A stretch of DNA of 33,613 bases, taken from positions 1-33,613 of the IMG/VR virus record IMGVR_UViG_3300020045_000950; one strand, written 5' to 3'. Position numbers and translations under genes: made by a program. Under the pieces are notes generated by a model that saw nothing but the letters and a program-made list of their open reading frames with translations, searched no databases and was not told where the DNA came from. Below are positions 7,525 through 16,486 of this stretch, piece after piece. This DNA is from a virus (taxonomy: Duplodnaviria; Caudoviricetes). Within the stretch, counting starts at the first letter, position 1. Every line of letters begins with the position of its first letter.

Positions 7525-9603
7525 TTATCGTGCTGCTTTAAGAGCCTCAACTTCTGCCGAAAGCTGCTGCACAGCTTTGATCAGAACAGGCACCAGTTCT
7601 TCGTAACCAAGGGACAGTACATCATCTCCGCCTTTGATGCTGTGATCTTGGAAGCCCCCGAAGTCAACGCCAGCAGCATCTGCCGCAGCCTTGACTTCCT
7701 GAGCAATCAAGCCGTGGTGGTAGCGGTTGCGCTTCTTGCTGCCGTCAGGTGTGAGGTTGGACAGTTGGTTGGCTTCGCGCCATGCAACCATTGCGGCCTT
7801 GTGCGCAGCTTTTTCGTCATCGCTGGCTTCTGGTGCTGGTGGCTGTGGGGCTTCTGCACGATACTCGTCGCGCATGTCCCACTTGAAGTCCACTGGGCGC
7901 AGCGCGTTGATGAATGGCAGGCCAAGCACAGTGTCGCGCACATCAGCTTTGTCGCGTGCGTCAGACCGGTTCTGCACAGCTCCGTAGGCGTAGGTGGTGG
8001 TGCTGGCATTGCCAAGCTGCACTTGGTTGCTGCCGGTCACGGTGGCTTGATAGCCGAGGGAAGTGATGTTGCTGTAAGACGCACCGCCGCTGTCTGATGC
8101 TTGGCCCACGCAGGTGTTGCGGTCGCCATCCACGTTGGACGCCATCGCCTGTTCGCCAATTACCACGCAGCCATCACCTGTGGTGGTCAACTGAGCAGCA
8201 AAACGGCCAATCAGGACGTTGTTTGAGCCATCTGTCAGCACCGAGCCTGCTGCGTAACCGATGCCCACGTTTTGGAATGCTGTGGTGGTATTGGCTAGGG
8301 CACTGTTTCCAATAACGGTGTTTTGATTTCCGTTGCCGGAAGACACCATTGCATCCACACCGATTGCAATGTTGTTGTCAGCGGTGGTTTGTGCGGCAAG
8401 AGCGCGACGGCCAATTGCAATGTTGCTACTGCCTGTCGTCATTGTGCCCATTGAGGCCGAACCAATAGCAATGTTGTAAAGGCCGACTGCGCCAGCGTTT
8501 GACAAGGCTTGGTGGCCGATTGCGACTGTGTCAGCGCCATCGTATCGATAAGCGGCTTGTGTGCCAATTGCAATTGTGCGATCTGGGCTGGTTCCGATTT
8601 GCAACGCAAGATAACCAACAGCCACGTTGTCACTACCAGTGGTGTTGGTTGTCATGGCCCCCATGCCAAAAGCACAGTTGAACTCGCCAGTTGTGTTGAA
8701 TTGAAGTGCCTGATTTCCGAATGCGTTGTTGTAGTTGCCAGATGTGTTGCTGTACAGAGCCAAGCTACCAAATGCGCTGTTGTAATAACCGCCAATGTTG
8801 GTGTACATGGCATAAGTACCGACAGCAGTATTTCGACGGCCAGTAGTGTTGGCGCGAAGGGCAGAATCACCAACCGCTGTGTTGTAGTTGCCCGATGCGT
8901 AGTCGATCCCGCCACCGGCAGGCCATTGCAACGGCACAAATGTGTTACTGAACAGAGCCTCATGGCCCATTGAGAAGTTGTTTGGCTGGTCGTCGGTGGT
9001 GCCAGTGGCCAAGACAAACTTGCCGTTTATGTAGTTGTTTTTGGTCGGAATCGGGCTGCTGACCAAATAGAACTTGTTGTCCATATTGACAACGCCGCCA
9101 GACTGCTGTGCCTCAAGAAGCGTAAATGCTGCGGTGTCATTCGTGCCCAATGAGCCACCAGCGTCGGAGTTGCCAACAGCACCGTAATCAAAAGGACTGA
9201 ACCACTCTTGGGCTTTGGCCTGCATTGTGCGGGTGACAGCACCAGAGCCTGACTGAATAAAAGAGACATCAGTTCCACTGACTGAGGCAATGACAATATT
9301 GTTGTATCGCTCAGTGGCGGTTGGTGCGCTGTAGACCGTGCTTCCATTCTTGTTCATCACTCGGATGCTGTAGTCGCTGTTGACGTACAGACGGCCAGGT
9401 GTTCCGTTGAAAGATGGATAGCCAGCCAAGGTGCGGATGGGCTGGGGCGCTGCGATGGTTAGCGCCGCATCCCAATACACGTTGATTGGGTTGGTCTGGG
9501 GGTCAAGATTGGCTGTTCCGATCCAGACGTAGCCAGCCTCAAGAGGTTGGCCATCAATGTCCGTAAAAATCGGATAGGTGGGTTGAATCGAGAGTGCGGA
9601 CAT
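7525..9603 (-). CDS. Tailspike/tail fibre: P22-type head-binding domain, beta-solenoid repeats, C-terminal S74 intramolecular chaperone
   Basis: IFTDIDGQPLEAGYVWIG...DPQTNPINVY...QPIRT; 17-aa NxAxGxxAxxxNxxG repeats; SDARDK...LRPVDFKW...GLIAQEV...YEELVPVLIKAVQQL. Confidence 0.9.
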   Translation of the reverse strand: MSALSIQPTYPIFTDIDGQPLEAGYVWIGTANLDPQTNPINVYWDAALTIAAPQPIRTLAGYPSFNGTPGRLYVNSDYSIRVMNKNGSTVYSAPTATERYNNIVIASVSGTDVSFIQSGSGAVTRTMQAKAQEWFSPFDYGAVGNSDAGGSLGTNDTAAFTLLEAQQSGGVVNMDNKFYLVSSPIPTKNNYINGKFVLATGTTDDQPNNFSMGHEALFSNTFVPLQWPAGGGIDYASGNYNTAVGDSALRANTTGRRNTAVGTYAMYTNIGGYYNSAFGSLALYSNTSGNYNNAFGNQALQFNTTGEFNCAFGMGAMTTNTTGSDNVAVGYLALQIGTSPDRTIAIGTQAAYRYDGADTVAIGHQALSNAGAVGLYNIAIGSASMGTMTTGSSNIAIGRRALAAQTTADNNIAIGVDAMVSSGNGNQNTVIGNSALANTTTAFQNVGIGYAAGSVLTDGSNNVLIGRFAAQLTTTGDGCVVIGEQAMASNVDGDRNTCVGQASDSGGASYSNITSLGYQATVTGSNQVQLGNASTTTYAYGAVQNRSDARDKADVRDTVLGLPFINALRPVDFKWDMRDEYRAEAPQPPAPEASDDEKAAHKAAMVAWREANQLSNLTPDGSKKRNRYHHGLIAQEVKAAADAAGVDFGGFQDHSIKGGDDVLSLGYEELVPVLIKAVQQLSAEVEALKAAR

Positions 9604-9626
9604 TTAATGGTTCTCCTGGGTGGTGA

Positions 9627-9655
9627 ATTGTCGCTCAAGGCTGAACAGGTGGCAA
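9627..9655 (-). promoter_or_regulatory. Putative sigma70-type promoter for tailspike-lysis genes
   Basis: TTGCCA-17 nt-GACAAT on the minus strand, upstream of the AGGAG RBS. Confidence 0.55.
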
Positions 9656-9668
9656 TGCGTTGAGGGCT

Positions 9669-11729
9669 TCATGGGTTGGCCTTGCGTTTGAGGATCTCTT
9701 CCATCGCTTTGATGGCGTTTTCCTTGTTGATGCCGCGCAAGCCCTCTGCTTTCTCAGCGAGAAGTTCAATTGCTCGTCTTGCTGCTCCACCTCGAGCAAT
9801 GTCCACGCCAGTTTCCAAAGCCTGGGACATTTGACCTTTCAGTGATGTATCAGCAGCAGCTCCAAACATGCGGTCCAGCTCATTGACAAAAATCAACTGG
9901 TTCACGATGTCGTCGTCCAACTTCATGCCGTACTTGCTGGCCACTTGGTTGGCCTGGTCGAGTGAGTCGATCAGGTTGGCCCGTGTGCCGTAGTTGCTGG
10001 TCAGCTTCCGCATGGCCGTGCCAAGGGCTTTGTTGGCGTTTGGCGAATCGAAGTCGATCTGTGTGCCTGCTGCCCGTTGCAAGTCGTCGAGCGCCGTAAT
10101 GGTGTCGGCATACTTTTCGTTGGCGGCTTTGTAGACCGGGAACTTCTCGCCAAGCGATTGGTTCAGGTTGCGGCGCAGATTCTTGAGGGCGCGTTCAGCC
10201 TGGGAGGTCAACGGGTTGGCCAAGTTTTTCTTGCCGTAGTTGACCTGGGTGTCAATGAAGCGCTTGGCTGTGTGTACCCCGTAGGCGTCTGGGGCTTTAG
10301 CCGTGCTGAGGCGCTCCAGAACAGTGTTCAGGATGCGCTGGGCTGCCTTGTCTCCTTGGATGTCTGATCCTTGCAGGATGGCCTTGGCCACGCCGTTCTG
10401 ATCCAGCTCAACCTTGACACCCAATGTTCCGAGTTCGTCTAAAAATGAGTTGATGGCAGGATCGTAATCAACAGCTTGGCCGCGCAGTCTTGTTTGTGCG
10501 ATGCGGTCGATGGCCTTGCCTGCTTGCTGGTTGGCGCTAGCCAAGAAATCCACGCGAGACTGTACGGTGTCGCCAAGGATGTCGGCTGGCCTGTTCATGG
10601 CCCTGAATTTATCGCTCTTCTCGCCCATCTTGAAGACGTTAAGCATCTTGGTCATGGCGTTGCGGTCTTTGTCTGTGGCCGCCTTGATGCTGGCCACAGT
10701 GCCGTCCTTCCAGCCTTGCTTGATGGCTGAGGCCGCTTCATTGTCTGGAACAACCTGCGAGCCTGAGAGACGGACGTTCACCAGGTCAACAGAATCAGGA
10801 GTCTGCGCGAGTTGACTCTTGATGATGCGCTGATTCTCGGGTGCGATCTTTTCGCCCACGGTGGCCTTGATGCTTTGCACCGACTCTTTAAAAGTCGGCT
10901 CGATCTGTTCGCGAATGCCTGCGCCTTTTGGTGCAACTGCTCTGGCTGCCGCCTGAGTTGCCGCTTTGACGATTTGGGGCGCGGCAGGCAGAAGGCCGCC
11001 TGCCAGTGTTGCGGCAATTTGTCCGCCAGTGCCTGCGCCCATTTCCTTAGCTGTCTGACCTGCTGCGCCTGCTGATGCGCCGCTTGCGACTTGAAGGCCT
11101 GGGGCTGCTGCCATGAGCTGGCCTACGCCTTGCGTGACAGGGCCAGAAGCGGCCTGCAATGTCTTACCAAGGGCTACGCTGCCTCCAGCAGTGCCAGCGC
11201 CTGCGGCGGTGGTTTGGACGATGCGCTCTGCGGCCGTTCTGGGTTCGGCCACGCCGACACGGGTCAAGAGGTCTTGAAGTGCGTCGGTGGGTAGCGTGTA
11301 GGTGGTGCCAAACATGCTATTGACAGCGCCAACGACTGGATCAGCAACCAGGCCAGCAAGGGTGGCCGCACCAGCACCTGCGACAGCTCCAGGAATAGCG
11401 CCTACGCCTGCGAACGGAGCGCCTATGGCCGCGCCAAGAGCTGCGCCTGCGGCTGGGAGTGCCAAGCCTCTGGTGGCCGCACCTGCAAGGCCTGTGGCTG
11501 TGGTTTCTGGCTGGGATGCTGCTGAGATTGTTCCGCCAAGTTGGGCAGCCAATGCTTGCATGTCAACAGGCTGAGGGGCTGCTGTTGTTGATTCTTCGGC
11601 AGTTGGAAAACGAACATCCACTTCAACATTGCGCCCTGAGTCTGTGGGCACATTAAATTTTTGTGGTTGTGCTTTGGGTGCCGGGGCAAGAGTCCCGCCA
11701 AGTTCACGTGCTAGTGCTGCGTAATCCAT
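9669..11729 (-). CDS. DNA ejection/internal virion protein (P22 gp16-equivalent)
   Basis: Third of three helical proteins before the tailspike; long Gly/Ala-rich hydrophobic segments. Confidence 0.7.
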   Translation of the reverse strand: MDYAALARELGGTLAPAPKAQPQKFNVPTDSGRNVEVDVRFPTAEESTTAAPQPVDMQALAAQLGGTISAASQPETTATGLAGAATRGLALPAAGAALGAAIGAPFAGVGAIPGAVAGAGAATLAGLVADPVVGAVNSMFGTTYTLPTDALQDLLTRVGVAEPRTAAERIVQTTAAGAGTAGGSVALGKTLQAASGPVTQGVGQLMAAAPGLQVASGASAGAAGQTAKEMGAGTGGQIAATLAGGLLPAAPQIVKAATQAAARAVAPKGAGIREQIEPTFKESVQSIKATVGEKIAPENQRIIKSQLAQTPDSVDLVNVRLSGSQVVPDNEAASAIKQGWKDGTVASIKAATDKDRNAMTKMLNVFKMGEKSDKFRAMNRPADILGDTVQSRVDFLASANQQAGKAIDRIAQTRLRGQAVDYDPAINSFLDELGTLGVKVELDQNGVAKAILQGSDIQGDKAAQRILNTVLERLSTAKAPDAYGVHTAKRFIDTQVNYGKKNLANPLTSQAERALKNLRRNLNQSLGEKFPVYKAANEKYADTITALDDLQRAAGTQIDFDSPNANKALGTAMRKLTSNYGTRANLIDSLDQANQVASKYGMKLDDDIVNQLIFVNELDRMFGAAADTSLKGQMSQALETGVDIARGGAARRAIELLAEKAEGLRGINKENAIKAMEEILKRKANP

Positions 11730-13129
11730 CAGAGGCCAGCCCTTCTTTTGAATTCGTCCAATGCTTTCTGATTTGGCGCTGTAAATACAGTTCCGTCAGG
11801 CAGCGTGATTGACAAAGCATTTGTTGGAGCCTGTGGGACTTGATAGCCGCTTGGGGCGGCACGTCCAGCACGTGATTTCAATGAATCCAGATAGACAGGA
11901 ATGGCCGCCAGCTTCTGCTTCCGAGTGTCTGCATCGTCTGTAAAAAGTGGAGTCAGCTCTTCCAGTTTTTGCTTGGCTTCGTCTCGGTTAACGCCAGCGC
12001 CTGTGGCCGCACGAAGCAAGGCCTCGGACAGCGAACTGGCAGCCTGCGTGAACTTTTGTCGATCTGTGCCGCGAGCAAGGGCTGCACTGCCTTCGCCAAT
12101 AAAAGGCAAAGTGCCAAGTGCAGACTCAATGAAACCAGGTTTTTCAGCGCCAGTTGTCTTGCCTTCTTTGGTGTACATCGCGCCAAGCATATTGTTGTAG
12201 GCGTTGGTCGCTTGTGCCAGCCAGCCTGCGGCCTTGCGCTCGTCCTCGGTTGCTGTTCCGCCTCCGCCTTCTGTCTTTTTGCTTGGCAGTGGCAAACCTT
12301 GCAATGCGGCTTGAAAATCCAAACTCAGCATCTTGCCCTGAGTGTCAAGGTTGCGGGTTTCAACTTTGAATTTGTTGATCTGGGCTTTTTTGAAATTAAG
12401 GTCAGACAACCTGGTTTCTAATTCTGTGTCGGCTTGGATCTGTTCTTTTTTGGCCTTGGCCTGCTCATACTCGCGTGTGGCTTTTGCTTTAGCAATTTCA
12501 TCGCCAGAAGTTTCTATTTTTACCAGTGCTTCGGCTTCGGCTCTGCTTGCGTCAGCAAGTTTTTTGCGCAATTCTGCTGGGGCTTGCTCTGCTGTTCTGC
12601 GCTCACCTCTTGCAGCTGTTACTCCGTCGTACCAGTTTTTTCCAAAAGCTACGGCGCTGGTGAATTCCAGCATTTCCGCTGCTCTTTTTGGGTTGACATC
12701 AATGGTCTTGAGGATGGCCTCAAACGCACGTTTTTGGTTCGGGTCTTTCTCAGCTTCAGCGCGTTCCTGAATCATTGTCTTGGCTATTGGGATATCCGCC
12801 TCCAATGCCATGAGCGCTTGTGCAGTGAAGCGTTTTGCTGTGTCCAGCTGGCGTTTCTCCATGCCTTCGCCGACCTTGGTCAATGCGTCGAACTGCTGCT
12901 TGTCGGCAAACGGCAAGAGCTTTTCAAGGTCTTCGTATGTGCGATCTGGTTTCTTGAAAAAATCGCTCAGGCCAGTTTGGAACTGTTGCTTTTGCTCGCG
13001 TGCCTGGGCAAGCGCCTGCATCTCAGCACCTGCTGCGCCAACTTTGAAGCCACCGAGTGCAGCCTCAAATGGGCTTTGCACATCGACTGAGTAGTTGATT
13101 GGTCCTTGGAATGGGTTGATCTGTGCCAT
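11729..13129 (-). CDS. DNA ejection protein (P22 gp20-equivalent)
   Basis: Synteny; Ala/Glu/Lys coiled coils; ATG 13129 lies just after the upstream stop. Confidence 0.7.
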   Translation of the reverse strand: MAQINPFQGPINYSVDVQSPFEAALGGFKVGAAGAEMQALAQAREQKQQFQTGLSDFFKKPDRTYEDLEKLLPFADKQQFDALTKVGEGMEKRQLDTAKRFTAQALMALEADIPIAKTMIQERAEAEKDPNQKRAFEAILKTIDVNPKRAAEMLEFTSAVAFGKNWYDGVTAARGERRTAEQAPAELRKKLADASRAEAEALVKIETSGDEIAKAKATREYEQAKAKKEQIQADTELETRLSDLNFKKAQINKFKVETRNLDTQGKMLSLDFQAALQGLPLPSKKTEGGGGTATEDERKAAGWLAQATNAYNNMLGAMYTKEGKTTGAEKPGFIESALGTLPFIGEGSAALARGTDRQKFTQAASSLSEALLRAATGAGVNRDEAKQKLEELTPLFTDDADTRKQKLAAIPVYLDSLKSRAGRAAPSGYQVPQAPTNALSITLPDGTVFTAPNQKALDEFKRRAGL

Positions 13130-13133
13130 GTTT

Positions 13134-13979
13134 TTAGACCTTGCTGTAGTCAACCATCAGGAAGCCGCCCGACTCGGAAACAGCGCCTGGATAGATGGTC
13201 TGGACTTCTTGAGCCATCAGGCCGACTTGACGGCCACCGCCCCAGATGTAATCGAATTCGTAGACGTTCAAGCCATCAGGGCGCGTGCTGATTTGCTTAA
13301 TGTTTTTCTTGAGGCGACGGTCGCTGAACATATTGCTAAAGCCCATGCCAGCCTTACCGCCTGCGCCGTATTGCATCCCGAGGAACTGTGCTGGCATATT
13401 TAAAACCTGGCCGTAGGCCTTGGCCTGGCCGAGTTCGCCGCCTGCTAGGGCTGCACCTTGCTGGGACAGAAGGTTGGCCACGTTCGTGCCTGTTTCCATA
13501 CCAGCAGCACCAACACCAGCAGCAGAACGCTGGCCCAGTTGGGTCATGCCACCGAGTCGGCTGTATTGCTGCTCAAGGGCTTGGTTGAGCAAAGCAGGGC
13601 GAAACTGGGCGAGTGCGCCTTGGATGTTGCCGCCGCGCAAGCCGCCAGTGGCCGATGCACGTTGCAGCAAGGCCTCTTCGCCTTGTCGCGCCATGGCTTG
13701 GAAGGTCTCGCCTCCACGGATGCGCTCGATGGCTGCCTGCTCTTCCTCTGGGCCTCGCAAACCCAAGAAGGCTTGCTGTTGCTCCAGTGCTGGGACGCCT
13801 GCTTCTGTGTAGGGCTTGAGCAAGGCTTGCAAGGCGTCGAATTGGCGACGCTGTTCTGCGATGCCCTGGCCTGCTGCGCCAGCTTGGATGTTGGCTGCGT
13901 CTTCTGCTGCGTCGGCTTGCATCATGCCGCCAACGACTTGTGTTCCGCCAACGACTAGGGCCGTTACTGGATCAGGCAT
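13134..13979 (-). CDS. DNA ejection protein (P22 gp7-like) with C-terminal S74-type domain
   Basis: ASATGGLRGGNIQGALAQF gp7-like core; SDRRLKKNI...YEFDY...GLMAQEV...VDYSKV. Confidence 0.8.
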   Translation of the reverse strand: MPDPVTALVVGGTQVVGGMMQADAAEDAANIQAGAAGQGIAEQRRQFDALQALLKPYTEAGVPALEQQQAFLGLRGPEEEQAAIERIRGGETFQAMARQGEEALLQRASATGGLRGGNIQGALAQFRPALLNQALEQQYSRLGGMTQLGQRSAAGVGAAGMETGTNVANLLSQQGAALAGGELGQAKAYGQVLNMPAQFLGMQYGAGGKAGMGFSNMFSDRRLKKNIKQISTRPDGLNVYEFDYIWGGGRQVGLMAQEVQTIYPGAVSESGGFLMVDYSKV

Positions 13980-14421
13980 TGCCGAACTCCTTCATGTAGT
14001 CTTCAAATTTCTCGCCGTACAAGTCCATGACCAGATGCGCGTTTTTGGTGGCGAATCCTGGGCCATGTGTGATTGATACGGCCATCAGGATCAGGTCGTA
14101 GAAGCCTGCACGCCAGACGAATGATCTGGCGTCGGCTTGGCCTGCGCGTTCTGCTGTGTCGGATGCTTGCCACTTCATGATGGCTGTGGCCAAGAGTGGA
14201 ACAAGGTGGTGGCTGTTGGCGATGAAGAACGGATTCTGGTGGATGCCCACCAGTGTGTTCCAGATCGCTGCGTTGAGGTCTTTGCGCTCAACTGGGTCGC
14301 CGTCTGCCACATCGTCAAAGACTTGGATGGCGTCATAGACCATCACAAGCCAATCCACGACTGGCGCAGGCAAAAGAAAAACCCTTTGCAGGTTTTCTCT
14401 GAGCCAATCAATACCAGTCAT
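13972..14421 (-). CDS. Helical protein with DDxxD motif (isoprenoid-synthase-like), 149 aa
   Basis: AGGAG RBS, ATG 14421; IQVFDDVADGD; 8-nt overlap with the gp7-like gene. Confidence 0.6.
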   Translation of the reverse strand: MTGIDWLRENLQRVFLLPAPVVDWLVMVYDAIQVFDDVADGDPVERKDLNAAIWNTLVGIHQNPFFIANSHHLVPLLATAIMKWQASDTAERAGQADARSFVWRAGFYDLILMAVSITHGPGFATKNAHLVMDLYGEKFEDYMKEFGNA

Positions 14422-14475
14422 GTGCAACTCCTGTTTAGGGCAAGCTGCTGGCGGCTTTGGTGACTCAGCGGCCAG

Positions 14476-14504
14476 ATTGTCCCATATTTGCATGGTCTGT
14501 TCAA
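14476..14504 (-). promoter_or_regulatory. Putative sigma70-type promoter
   Basis: TTGAAC-17 nt-GACAAT with an extended TG. Confidence 0.55.
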
Positions 14505-14899
14505 TCCATCTCGAAATCGCGCTCTTCCCAAGCCTGGCAAGCACGTAGGTCGTGGCAGATGAAGTCGAATTTTGTGCAGTAGCCTCGGAAGCCTGCATTT
14601 GTGTCCCAGGCGTTGCGCTGGATGCGCTCCATCTTGGCTTGGGTCATGGTGCTGTTGTCGTAGTACTCGCAATTGGAGCAGCGACGACGACGGGCTTCTT
14701 TCTCATCCACTTGCATGGCCTGGCCAAGCGCGACCCAGTAGACCTTGTTGGCTGTGGGTTCGTTGCTGGGGTTCTCGGGGCCGAGCATCCAGTCGTCGAT
14801 CACGACCTGGGTGTTCTTCTTGTTCTCGGCTGCGGTGATGAATTCTTCCTCGACCGGCAGGCCCATGAAGCCTTTGGGCATCATCATAAATTTGTCCAT
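14501..14899 (-). CDS. Cys-cluster protein (CxxC-x30-C-x6-C-x5-C)
   Basis: AAAGGAG RBS; cysteine pattern read directly. Confidence 0.75.
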   Translation of the reverse strand: MDKFMMMPKGFMGLPVEEEFITAAENKKNTQVVIDDWMLGPENPSNEPTANKVYWVALGQAMQVDEKEARRRRCSNCEYYDNSTMTQAKMERIQRNAWDTNAGFRGYCTKFDFICHDLRACQAWEERDFEMD

Positions 14900-14911
14900 G
14901 CTGTTTCTCCT

Positions 14912-15247
14912 TTAAGTGATTTCGCGGCCAGAGGCGCGGATGGTCAGTGATGTGGCTGCGCTGGCGATGGTGCTGATGAAGCCGCCAGGTTCAAGGGCTT
15001 GTCCGACCAGCTCTGGACAGGTGTAGGTCTCATCGGGTGCGATGGCTCGGGTGTCCAGGACCAAGTTGGATGCGGCTGGTGCGCCTCCGCTGGTCACCAG
15101 GTTGACGCTGATCGTCACGTTGCCTGCTGTGGTGTTGGTGATGGTGAATTTGTCGATGATGGCCTTGCAGTTGGTGGCTGTGTACTGCGTGGTTTGGGCG
15201 TTCTCGGCCTGCTTTGCTGGGATCAGCACCTTGATTGAGACGGTCAT
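14912..15247 (-). CDS. Small beta-rich virion protein
   Basis: T/A/V-rich; within the tail gene block. Confidence 0.65.
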   Translation of the reverse strand: MTVSIKVLIPAKQAENAQTTQYTATNCKAIIDKFTITNTTAGNVTISVNLVTSGGAPAASNLVLDTRAIAPDETYTCPELVGQALEPGGFISTIASAATSLTIRASGREIT

Positions 15248-15256
15248 GATCTGTCC

Positions 15257-16486
15257 TTACTGTTGAACTTGAGTGACGGAAAGCACCACCGCAGGGGCGG
15301 CTGGCGCAAATGCTGTGGCTGCCACGCTGTCAACGGTTACGTTGGTGCTGTCGGCGGCAAAGGCCAGCTCGACGTATTCGTTGGCGGCAAGAGAGACGGT
15401 CTCGTTGAGCGCAATCGGAATGTAACCGTTGTTCACGTCTGATGTGACAAGGCGTGCGCTGTTGGCGATGGCCGTGCCGTTCTTTTTCCACCAGACCCAA
15501 ATGTTTTTAGACGATGAACTGCCGCTGGTCAGTTGCACGGTGGCGTCGAACTGGTAGAGGCCGGACTCGGGCACGATGATCTGGCTGGTGGTTCCGCCAA
15601 TGGTGACGCCGTTGCTGATCTGCGTGTTGTCGAATGTGAGCAGGTATTCGGTATTTATGACGGCTGGAGACTGGTCTGTGGTCTTGGTGAACACGCCGTA
15701 ATACTGCATCTGCTGGATGGTGGGGCGCACGAAGATGACGCCGGTCGTTGCGTTTGAGGTAACGCAAGCGGCCAGTGGGATCACATTGTCTGGAGCTGTT
15801 GGCTTGGTGTTGGTTAGTGCGCCTGCGACGGTGGGGCTGGCGTATAGCAAGTCACCTGGCGAGAAGGCGCTGGTGTCAACGTCACGCACAAAGCCCCATG
15901 TGGTGCAGTACCCTTTTTCGCCGCTGTCGGGCAGGTCGTGGGTCATGATGCCCAAGATGTAGAGGGTCGGCTGCGAGCCGTCTGCGAGATAGGGTGCGAC
16001 CAGCAGCGCGTTGGATGTTGCGCCAGCAAAGCCGACGACAGTTCCGTTGGGGATGGTCGATCCGGTGGTGTTGCCGACACGTGCGTAGGTCTCTTGGCCA
16101 ATCTGCTGCGTGACTCCGTAGTCCATGCCGAGGTTGACAGTCTGGTCGGTGGTGTTCCACGCGAGGCGGCGGGTCTTGCTGGTGGGGGCTGGCGATTCGC
16201 TCAGGTCGATGTAATCCGTCACCACCGAGTTGTTGTTCTGGATGACTGGCGCGTTGGCCAGAAGTTCCACGGCTGCGGCCAAGCGACTGATCTGGGCCAG
16301 TGCCTCGTTTGCGGTGGCCGCTGCTGTGTCTGCCTGAAACTCGAAGTCAGTTCCAGCGATGACTTGCAGCTCGTCCACGACCGAGAACAGCAGCTCGAAC
16401 TGCCGGATCTGCTGCTGGTCGGTCAAGAAGGCCGCGAGCTGATCGCGGGTCAAATTGAGCCTGCGGGAGACTGGTGCGGTAGCCAT
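15257..16486 (-). CDS. Extended tail needle (gp26-position) with C-terminal C1q/TNF-like knob
   Basis: Directly after the gp10-like gene; N-terminal helical/coiled segment; LTFDNT...IIVPESGLYQFDATVQL...ETVSLAANEYVEL jelly-roll pattern. Confidence 0.6.
   Translation of the reverse strand: MATAPVSRRLNLTRDQLAAFLTDQQQIRQFELLFSVVDELQVIAGTDFEFQADTAAATANEALAQISRLAAAVELLANAPVIQNNNSVVTDYIDLSESPAPTSKTRRLAWNTTDQTVNLGMDYGVTQQIGQETYARVGNTTGSTIPNGTVVGFAGATSNALLVAPYLADGSQPTLYILGIMTHDLPDSGEKGYCTTWGFVRDVDTSAFSPGDLLYASPTVAGALTNTKPTAPDNVIPLAACVTSNATTGVIFVRPTIQQMQYYGVFTKTTDQSPAVINTEYLLTFDNTQISNGVTIGGTTSQIIVPESGLYQFDATVQLTSGSSSSKNIWVWWKKNGTAIANSARLVTSDVNNGYIPIALNETVSLAANEYVELAFAADSTNVTVDSVAATAFAPAAPAVVLSVTQVQQ

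Noticed and set aside
8100-8900. DGR target or DNA tandem repeat in the tailspike
   Set aside because: Repeats are degenerate and protein-level; no reverse transcriptase or template repeat seen.
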